64,000 nucleotides of DNA, from positions 62,001 to 126,000 of the forward strand of contig MU062555.1 of assembly GCA_013265495.1 (NCBI GenBank). Direction: 5' to 3'. The stretch comes from Vicugna vicugna (lineage: Eukaryota). The notes below the pieces were generated by a model that did not search any database, was not told where the DNA came from, and saw nothing but the letters and a program-made list of their open reading frames with translations. Each line of letters starts with the position of its first letter. The stretch's first letter is position 1. Shown piece after piece: positions 43,499-64,000 of this stretch. The translations under genes and the position numbers were made by a program.

Positions 43499-45870
43499 GC
43501 TCCCGGCAGGGGAGCTGCTGCCTGCGCCAGGCCTGCCTCAGAACCTCTGACCACGGCACGGGCAGCCGGGAGCAGCCTGGGGGCAGAGTGTCCTGGGTGC
43601 CACCCCTCGGGGGTCACAGCCTAAGGCCTGGAGCTGTGCCCAGAGTACCAGGAGACTCTGCAGAGGCTGGAATCCCAGCCAGGATTCCCAGGCCCCTGTG
43701 TGCAACAGGGGGTGGGGCACTGCTGTCAGAGTCTCGCTTGGACCAAATGCAGGGCATGGCTCCTGAAAGGGTCTGATGGCCAGTCCCTGGGGTCTGGGCT
43801 GCAGGTCGGAGGGCCAGAGCCCAGAAAAGGCTAGTCTTGGTCGTGCTGGAGCAGTTTCCCTCCTCAACAAAGTGTCCCAGAGGTGTGAGCTGGCAGCGGA
43901 GGGAGGGCCACTTCCTTCACCTCTGGCCTGTGAGGCAGCCCTGTGAAGTTCATTCACTCAGCTGAGCTCACTGAGCTCCCACCGTGTGCTGGATGCTGGT
44001 TCAGGAGGGTCGTCTGCAGGCACAGTCACCTCTGTAAAAGGTGTCCAAGGAGCTCCAGGCCCAGTGAGGTGGGGACAGGCCCGAGGTGGCACTGCTCAGA
44101 GCTGCCACCCACCCCCACACGGGGCTCTCGGCTTTCTTCTACCTCCCAGTGGCCACCATGCAGACTGTTCAAGGGGAGCAAAGCAGGTGCCGGAGATTAC
44201 GGATGCAGACACCCACCAACCCGGCTGCAACAGCCCCACCCCCACACAGGAAGGAGCTGTCACTCAGGAGCCCTGGGAGGGCTGCTGGGCCAGGCCAGGG
44301 CAGTGGGTGGCAGGATGGGAGAGACGGACAAGAGAATGTGCTGAGAGGACACTCAGAAACCTCCTTCCAGGGGTCAAAGTCCTCTGGGCACAGCGGTCGG
44401 TGGGCAGCCAGCAAGGTGTTTGGAAGACTAGGCCTGAGAGGGAGGTGCCCAGCACCAGCAGGGGCAGGAAGGGGACTGACCCCAATAAGGGGGAGCCCAC
44501 AAGCAAGAGGGCCTGTCAGGGGTCAGCCGAGGAGAGAACAGATTGGGCCAAGCCTTCTGGTCCAGGTGGGGTCTGGCAGTGGGCTGGGCAGCAATGAGGC
44601 CTGGGGAGGGGCCTCGCCCTCCCACTGGCAACAGAGGCACGGCACCCATGAATGTGACCCTTGCTGGCCACCACTGGGGATGAGCCTGTTGGGAGCTCTG
44701 CCAGGCCCAGCCCTGCCCAAACCCAGACCTGAACTGGATGACCTCCGGGGCTGGTGCCCTCCCGGGTCACATGGAAAGGCCCGCCCTCCCCACCCAGTTG
44801 GTGCCATCTGACTGGGGCAGGAAGACCACGATAAGGTCTGCAAGGCTCAGGGCAGACTTCCTCAGGGGTCCCCAGGCCAACCCACCAGAGCACCAGCATC
44901 CTGCCCGGCCTTGGCAGGCAGCATGTAGTATCCAGTAGTATCAGAGACGTCTGCTTGTGGACGTCCAGCAGGAAGGGCCAGTTGCTCAGCCCTGCAACAC
45001 CCTGGGTGACAGCGGGACCTGGCCGAGGCAGACACCTGGGGCTTCGATGGTACCCCTCGGGGGCCTCAGCTCCTGGGTAAACATTAATGGGGCTCAGTAC
45101 ACAGCAGGTCATGTGTGCGCCCAGCGGATCTTTGACCTGCAGCTGCTCCTACCCTGAGTCTCCTCCCCGAAGGTGCCCCTCACTACCCACACAGGTAGGA
45201 GCTTCTAGAACCAGGGGGGCCCCTGGGGTCAGGGCTGGGTGACCTCCAGGCCCAGGGCTGCGGCTCCCCTCTGAGCCTCCAGATGCTGAGGGTGAGAGAC
45301 CAGCTTAGGGGCAGCAGGAGGGAGGGGGGCCTGGGAGTCAAGGTAGGGGCTGGACAGGGGCTCCAGGTCCAGCAGGCTGAGGGGGAGCCCTGCGGAATGG
45401 CTGGGGGCTCCTGAGCCCCTTGTCCTGCGCCCATCAGCGGGCAAAGGGCCCTCACCAGGCAGAGACGTTGCCATCTGGTGTCAAATGCTAAAGCCTCTGT
45501 GGTGACCATTGGCAGTGGCCTCCGTGACCCTTGATAGGAGAGGCCCCCGGCTCCCAGCCACTTCCGGCCCACACCCCAGCACCCTGGGCTGCCCACCAGG
45601 CCTCCTTCCAGCCAGAACCAGCAGTAAAGCTAGGGCTCCCTCACCTCTGCCCCCCTAAGCTGGACCAGGCCTGCCTGACAGCCACTTGAGGCAATGTAGC
45701 CATCCCCCTGTGGATGGAGGAAGGGGAAGGTCACCGAGGCCAACAGCGAGTGGGACGGGAGGACAGCAGTGAGGTACCCTAGAGCCTGGGGGGAGGGGGA
45801 AGAGCTGTCTCACCTGCACTTTCCCCAGCAGATCTGGACCTGGGCCTGGGTCTGTCCCTGCCTGAAATCC

Positions 45871-50398
<4,528 letters not shown>

Positions 50399-53300
50399 GG
50401 GATGGCCACCCTCCACCCAGCTGACCTCTGGGTGCCCTGGGTGATCCCAGTCACTGCGGACTTGTGAGTCGCCTGGATCACCCTCTTTGCAAATAAACAA
50501 GGCAGCACCCAGGTGTGGGTGGTCTTCCCTTCCGTAACCCAGGGCTAGTCAGGGCCACCAGCGCCCTCCCGCCTCTGCAGGGAGCTGGGGTGAGGCCGCA
50601 CCCATGCTGACCCCTAGTGGACACGCGGTGCGGGCGTTGAGCCCAGAAGGGAGCTGGCCGCCCCTGGAGTTGCGGATACACAGCTGACCCTGAAGCCCCA
50701 AGCTGTAACTCTGATCTTCTCAGCAGCCACCAGGGACAGAAGGCCCTAAGCAGCGGACTTGCCACAGCAAGAAGCTGGGGGTCCAGGGAGTCTGGAGGTG
50801 GCCGGGGCTTTTCCTGTGGGTGTAGGAAGGAAGGGTGGCTGGCTTCCACCCACTGCCACCCCAAGGTCACGTGGGCAGCTTCTGTGTGGTCCCGCGCCAC
50901 CTTCGGCGGCCTCCCTGGAGGAAGTCATGTGGCCGCAGCGGGGCCAGAGTCCTGCAGGTGCGTGGGGGATTGGGGAGGGGACGGGTAACAACCTGGTGGA
51001 CCCAAGGCGCCCTACTTCTCCCCACCACCCTTCTACCTCTCTCTCTCTCCCCCTACAGGGCTGCAGAGCACAGGGCTGTGGGGGTGGGGGGGATGGGGGC
51101 AAGCCAGCAAGCAGTTTCCGGGGTCCGCCGGCCTGCAGGCCTGCAGCTGGCCGGCTGCCAGGGGCACCACCCCGCGGGCCTGGGCAAAGCAGGTGCTCAG
51201 TGTTCCCCACCCAGACCTAGCAGGAAGCAGGTCCTGCAGAGACTCCTGGCAGCCCTCGCCCTAGAGGCCCTTACTTGAGTAAAACACTTCCACTGGGAGG
51301 CAAGCGAAGGCCTCTGGGCCGAGTGCCCACCTGGCAGTGGCCTGCGTGGAGAGGGGGCCGCTCCCGGGCCCCGTTCCCCCTCTCAGTGAGCTAGGTTTCC
51401 ACACAGGAAGGCTTGTGTGACAGCCAGCCGGTAACCGGACACCTCTGCAGCCCGGGGCTGCCCACAACCCCAGCCCGACCCCACGCCACCCCGGGGACAG
51501 AAGCGCGTTCAACCTGCACCTCGAACTTGTGCACTGAGAAGGGTGCACAGGCGCAGACCCGCGAGCACAGGGGCTGACCCCGCTCAGGGTCTGATTTGCC
51601 CCATGTCTTAGTTTGCTGGGGCCTCCAGGCACCTCCTTCCTGTCCAGGGATGCTGCCCTGACGGGGCACTTTCCTTCCCAGCCTCCCCCCCAGGTTTGCC
51701 TCACCAGACCCAGTGGGGGAATGGGTGTGAACAGCCAGGAAGATGAGACCAGGGGACCCCAGAACCAGTTACTGCCCACGATCATGTTCTTTCATTTCTC
51801 GGGTTCTCTCAGCGCCCCCATGTCCCCCCGCCCCTCTCAGTCTCCCCTACCCGAGCCTGCCAACAAGCTTCTAAGTCTCCTGAGCCTGAGGCACATCCTG
51901 GCCTCAGAAGGAGGTAGCCACCTGTTCTGAGAGCCACGAGGGGCCTCGTGGGAGGAAGACCCCTGGGGCAGGCTCATGTACCCCTTTTTGGCTTCCCCCC
52001 ACTTTTGTGACCTCAGGACGCTCCTGTGGTTCTGACATAAGCCTCACTCCCATGAAAGTCCCCTGAGGAGGGGCTGGGCCTGGCTACTTCCATGGGGACA
52101 TAATGGGAGCTCCCCCTCTCCTCAGTGGGAAGGCGGGGAGAGGGGAAGAAAGTGCCCCATGCACCTCTCCTTCCGGGAGCAAGTGAGGCCGCCCACAAAG
52201 GCTGACTCCTGGGTCCTTTGAGGCCACAAACGACAGTCTGCCTGGCGGTAAGGCACCCTCCCGCTGGGACCATGGCCACCGGTAAACAGACCTGTCCTTA
52301 TGGATGCCTCCAGCAGCTGCAGGCTGGGGCGGGAGGGCCAGGTGCCTAGCACTCCCACTGCCCCAGCCCAGGCTTCCCTGTGTGTCTGGCCCTCTCTGCC
52401 TGGCATCCCACCAGGCCACAGACCCCCCTGCCCCACGCAGGGCCACCTCTCCACACTGTGTCACCACATAATCTCTATTTTGTTACTTGTAAAGTGGGGA
52501 TGCCACAGGGAACTCCCAGCCCACCCATCACAGGAAGCAGAGGTCTTTTCCAGTGGGGGTCTCAGGCAGGAGTGGGAGGGGAAGAAGAAAGGCTTTGATA
52601 CACATTTCAAAGACAACCTCAGCAGGCTCGTGCCAGCTCCCTTGGAGAAAAGTCTGAGCTGCTCCTTTGCTCAGTGATTTGTGGACTTGTGACAAGACCA
52701 TGCTACCAGGCCCAAGAGCCTCCCTGCTGCAGTGCCTGGGCCTTGCAGACTGCTGCTTGGGCAGCTGAGCTACTTTGCAGGGCACTGTGAGGACCCAGGG
52801 TGCCAGGCAGTGACCCTGCACATCCCACTTGCCATGGCCTGGGGCCTACCTTCCTGGAAGGGTGTAAGGGAGGGGGCTGGTACCCTAGGCCCTGCTGGGA
52901 CCGACCAGCACTTCGAGGTGCTGACTCACCCTCTGGGTCAGTACTGCAATCCCCACAAGGCAGCTGCAGACCTTTCTCAGAGGACGGGAAGATTAATGTC
53001 TATGCCAGCATGCTGCTTGTCCCAAGGATTTCACTCACCCATTAGGTATACCGTACTACACTGTCCACCGCAGTCTGCCGCGGTGCTGTGGTGTTATAGA
53101 TTATATGGTGAAGCAGGGAACACGTCCCCTCCAAAGGGAAATAAATTGCCAAGCATTGCCCCCACCCAACACCCTCAGGCTGTGTAGCAAAGGGGGGTAA
53201 GAAGCTCACTGAGAAAGCCAGAATCTACAGAGGCCCCAGTGGCCATGGCAAGGGAGACTGTCCAGGGCAGACCCAAGAGTATAGTTCATTATTTTTAAGT

Positions 53301-53499
53301 TATTATGAAGATATACCAAAAATGTACCGTTTTTAAAATGATTGATTAAAGGTGTGATTACATGTAATTTAACTGTTTCTCCTTTACAAGTTCTCCCACT
53401 CCCCAAACTAAAATCAAGGAGAAGTAAAAGCATTTGTCCACCCAGGTGTCCTGATCCGTGGCTGCCCAGAGGGCTGGGCGCCGTCCTCGTTTCCACGCA

Positions 53500-54470
53500 G
53501 CTCTGTGCGCCCCTGGGGCCAAGGCACCAAGGTGATGGGCGCGGCGCCAGCGTCGTCTCCACAACAAGCGGCTGCCGGGCAGGGCAGGGCCCTCGCCCCG
53601 CCCTGCCCTCCTCTCCCCACCCCCGCCCACCTCTCCCCTCCTCCACCCCTCCTCCCCCGCCCGGCGCATAGGCCCCGCACGCTCCCTCACCTGCCCGCGA
53701 CGGGAGCGGGCGTGCGGACCAAGGAGAGGAGCAGGGGGCAGCGAGGCTTCCGCCACCCTGCGGAGAGGGCCTCAACTCCACCGACACGCCCGCCCCGGCG
53801 CCGCCGCCCCTTGGCCCCTGAGCCCTGTGCGTCCCTGCTGTGAACGGCCCCGCACCCCTCCACGGCTGGGACACCCCGCAAAGTGCGCCGCGCAGGCCTC
53901 GAGAAGGCGCACGGCGGGGACCGGGTCTGCGCGCTCGCCCACGGGGCACGGCGCCGCCTGCCTTTCCCGGCCCTCGGGCCGGCCCTCCCTCCTCCGCTGC
54001 CCGGCCCCCGCCCGCGCCCAGAGCCTACGGCCCCGCCCGCGCGGGTCCCCGAGGCACTGCGGCGGTTACCAGGACGCTGGCCCCGCGCAGCCAATAGCGC
54101 CAGCCTGTCGGCGTGCCCTCCGAAACCAGCCAATGAAAGGACAAATCAATCATTTGAAACACCCAATGGACAGAGCACCGCAAAGCGAGGGGGGGATTTT
54201 GATTGGGAGAGCAAAGGCCGCGGCTGTCCAATCAAGAGCGAAAGGCTTCGGAAGGGCGGGCGTTAGGCGGTTCGATTGACAGGGGTGGAGCCAGTCAAAC
54301 GAGGCCGCTTACCAGCCTCACTCTGGCAGCCCAATACGAGGGTGGCGGGGGCGGGCCCGGTGGGTATATAAGCACCGGCGGTGCGTCGGTTGTAGCACTC
54401 TGCGCGCCAGCTCGTAGGCCCTCGCCTCCGACTTTCTGCCTCCGCCGCCACCCACGCCGCCGCCGCCGCC
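53500..54470 (+). promoter_or_regulatory. TUBB4B CpG-island promoter with TATA box and CCAAT cluster
   Basis: TATATAA 54365-54371; CCAAT at 54091, 54130, 54162, 54228, 54331 and ATTGG at 54202; GC box ggggcggg near 54348. Confidence 0.85.
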
Positions 54471-56654
<2,184 letters not shown>

Positions 56655-56803
56655 AGCTGTCTGGTAGCCGGTAAAGCGTGGAAGCCGTGTGAACTCTTTA
56701 TTCACTCACAACCTGTTCTCTGATAGCCTTGTCTCCTTGTGTGTGTATTTGTTCTTCCTGTCTTGACATCACATGCTGTACAGACACCACCATTAAAGCG
56801 TTT

Positions 56804-59927
<3,124 letters not shown>

Positions 59928-60010
59928 CTTGCCTCAGCTCTGCCTTGGCTGGCTCCAGCCCCTCTCCTGCCCGGGCCTGTGCGGCTGGCTCCTCCCAGAG
60001 AGGAGTCCCC

Positions 60011-60023
60011 GTTGCCTGGCAAC
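60011..60023. promoter_or_regulatory. RFX X-box upstream of CIMIP2A
   Basis: GTTGCC-T-GGCAAC, perfect inverted half-sites, 84 bp upstream of the ATG. Confidence 0.75.
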
Positions 60024-60469
60024 CATTGTGAAGAGGCCCCGCATTGTTGGGCAGCACCTGAGCCAGGCCCCTTCCTAAACCCTGTGAGCACTCCCATTTC
60101 ACGGCTGGGACACTGAGGCCCAGACAGGGCACAGGTTGGGGACATGGCACACTGAGGACCTACAGCTTGGAAAATTAGAACTGTAGTTGTGTCTGAGTCG
60201 GCCCTGCAAGGAAGCCAGGGGCAGGGCTGGGCCTGGAGCTCTGGACTCTTACTACCCATGGGAGGGCAAGAGCCGACTGGAAAACAGCCCTCCTCCCACC
60301 CTAAGCCCCTCCTCAGATGAGAGAACCTGGAAGCTTGGAAGGCACTGTCACAAGTCTCAGCAGTGAGGTTCCTGAGCTGGAGAGCTGCCGGGACTCTGTC
60401 CTGGAGGTCTTTCCCCTGGAGCTGGGCTCTATTTTCCATTTTAAACAAACTCTCGATTTTTCTTTCCAT

Positions 60470-60533
60470 CTTCCTTCCTTCCTCCTTCCCTGCCTCCCTC
60501 CCTCTTTCTTTCTTTCTCCTTTTTTTTTTTTTG
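60470..60533. repeat. Pyrimidine-rich simple repeat with poly-T
   Basis: cttccttccttcctccttccc..ctttctttctttctcc followed by a T run. Confidence 0.7.
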
Positions 60534-60544
60534 TATAGGGAGGA

Positions 60545-60760
60545 CCATAAAAACGAAGAAAAATGTCATAAAGGAAAAGATCAGCAGGTTCAAGTACACG
60601 TCAAAACACAGCTTAAAGCACCCTGCACGGCAGATGATGGCCTGGGCAAAAAGTCTGCAACAAATGTTATGTGCAGATATGATATCAGTAGAAACAACCT
60701 TATAAAACAAACACATGAAAAATTAACACCCCAACAGGAAAATGCACACGTAGCGTGAAA
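60545..60760 (+). mobile_element. Ancient L1 ORF2 3' fragment
   Basis: aaaggaaaagatcagcagg..ctgggcaaaaagtctgcaacaaat..aacaccccaacaggaaaatg resembles the L1M ORF2 end; recalled only. Confidence 0.5.
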
Positions 60761-61876
60761 GTCTTAAGGAAGGGCCCCGTCAGCGAACATACGGACAGAA
60801 GGCTGAGCCTCAGTCAAATGAACACTGATGAGGTGTGGATGTGGGCGATTTCTGACGCTCCGCGCCAGCGTGAAAACCACCTGTAATTTGGGACTCGGGT
60901 CAAGCGCATCCAAGACCACACGTGCTTTGATCCACTGCTTCCACTCAATGTGTCCAGCCGAGGAGATGATCCACGTTTAGCTGGAGACGGACGTGCGTGT
61001 CATCTAGGGAGAAATCCAGCTACTCATGTCCAGTGACAGGCTGGGAGCCCCTCACCCTGATAAAATGTGTGTTTCCTCAAGCAAGTCTCTATCAGTCTGT
61101 CCATCCTGAGGCCAGACAGGTTCAGTGTGGATGCAAGGGTCTGGAGGAGAGACAGGGGTGCGAAGGATGAGACGTTCTTGGCCGGGCCCTGCCTGGGAGG
61201 GTCTGGCCAAGGCCGGGGCTGGGGCTGGTAGGCTGGTCAGTTCTGGAGGGCACCACAAGGGCCCCGGTGCGCAGGTGGACTCTCACTCGCTCAGCCTCAT
61301 TATTCCTTTGCATTTCAGCCTGAGCAGCCCCAACTGTTGATGATGCCTCCCAGCCTCTGTGCCCCTGAGAAGACAGGCCGCCACACCTCAGCCATGCCTG
61401 GGCTGCCTCTGGGGTCAGCTCAGTCCACTCAGACCCACCCTCTGTTGGTTTGCTTTTTCCAGGGCTGGGTTTCCAGCGGGGGCTCCTCCTCCTCTGGGGA
61501 GTCTCCAGGGACTGCTCCACCAACCCCTCTCCCACTTTCCGCTGGCCTTGCATGGCTAGGCATCCCACAGCACCTGCTGCCTTCTCCACCCCCTGCCAGG
61601 GCCTCAGTCCTCCCAGAAGCCCTATGAGAGTGGACCCCAGCCCCCGAGGAGACCCAGTCCAGGAATGGGGAAGGGCGAGGACAAGAATGGGGGAGGGGAA
61701 GAAAGGAGGCCAAGCCAGGGGTCACAGGGTCATGTTGGGGAGCCTCTGGCAAGGCTGATCCCAGGGCAACCCACCTGGGAGGTCAGGGGAGGGGCCCCGC
61801 CAGGGCTGGACAATGCTGCTCCCCCAGGCAACAGGGGGTTGGCAGGACCAGCCAATGAGGTCACAGAGCCATGTGA

Positions 61877-63310
<1,434 letters not shown>

Positions 63311-64000
63311 AGCTGCCACCCCAGTGATCACGAGACCCCTGCCTCCCTGGGGGCCTGATCAGGCCTTCCTCTGGAACTCAGTGTCCACAGCCTGGCCTTC
63401 TGACCCTCTGGGTACCCCCAACCCGCCTTCTGACCAGTTGACCCTTCTGTGGGCTGTGGTTGCAGAGGGCCCAGGCTGAAGCCCCCCACCTGCCCACCCC
63501 CTTGCTATGTAGGGATGCTGTTTGTTCTTCCGAATCACACTATATCTTGGCCACTGTCCCTTGCCCAGTGAGCTGTCCTGCTACTGACCTATCATGTCTG
63601 GCTTTCCTTGGCCAGGGGTCTCCCTTAACTTCCCCTTCAGTGCCCTCTCTCTAGGGTGGCTGGGGTGGCAACCTGAGACTTCCTGGTCTGGGACAGGGTG
63701 GGAGGGGCCTTGTGGGCAGTGTAGGACATTCTTACCTAGCCGTGCCACCCATGGGAGAGGACTAGCTGCCAATCTACCCAACAGTCATGCTGCTTGCTGA
63801 TTCGAGGAACTGACCGTTGGGGTGGAGATGGGGGGGCGGGTGGACAGACTCCTTGAGTTGTCACCTTGAGGTCAACCTGCCCAGCCACCAGGTAGGGCCC
63901 AGAGGACCAGCTCATTAGGGCCTGGCCCCTCTTCTCCCAGCACTTGCCCAAAGACCCTGCGACTCATCCAGGGCCATACAGGCCAAGCTGCAGGCAGTTG

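Noticed and set aside
51391-51669. Minus-strand ORF with CSRVCACAPFSVHKFEVQV between SLC34A3 and TUBB4B
   Set aside because: No recognisable domain, no ATG in frame at a plausible position, no exon chain.
53045-53105. Imperfect hairpin centred on caccgc..gcggtg
   Set aside because: Too many bulges for a confident pre-miRNA call without folding and small-RNA data.
53206-54279. Several 100-250 aa ORFs upstream of TUBB4B
   Set aside because: CpG-island composition (Arg/Gly/Pro/Ala-rich); no coding signature.
61056-61104. Minus-strand mini-exon MDRLIETCLRKHTFYQ with GT donor, tested as an alternative CIMIP2A first exon
   Set aside because: Ends in phase 1 while CIMIP2A exon 2 needs phase 2; at most part of an antisense non-coding RNA.

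Overview
GC-rich mammalian genomic DNA, syntenic with human 9q34.3. A short L1 3' end and the absence of recognisable primate, rodent, carnivore, pig or ruminant SINEs tentatively suggest a camelid. Gene order: ANAPC2 (-, exons 1-10; the last exons lie left of the window), SSNA1 (+), TPRN (-), TMEM203 (-), NDOR1 (+), an unnamed RING-HC + transmembrane gene (+), RNF208 (-), CYSRT1 (+), RNF224 (+), SLC34A3 (+), TUBB4B (+, partly hidden by N gaps), CIMIP2A/FAM166A (-), STPG3 (+). I reconstructed exon boundaries by hand from splice sites and phase continuity; gene identities rest on my recall of the orthologous proteins, not on a database search. Most notable: (1) the RING-TM reading frame behind NDOR1 has no in-frame AUG before its RING domain, and a phase-compatible upstream exon carries an AUU in strong Kozak context; (2) three RING-HC genes plus CYSRT1 sit in about 11 kb with different predicted membrane anchors, including CaaX tails CSIM (RNF208) and CVVS (CYSRT1); (3) RNF224 has two AUGs in different frames; (4) TUBB4B and CIMIP2A overlap tail-to-tail in a ciliary gene group with a perfect RFX X-box. 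Most other ORFs in the supplied track are GC-rich noise or antisense shadows.
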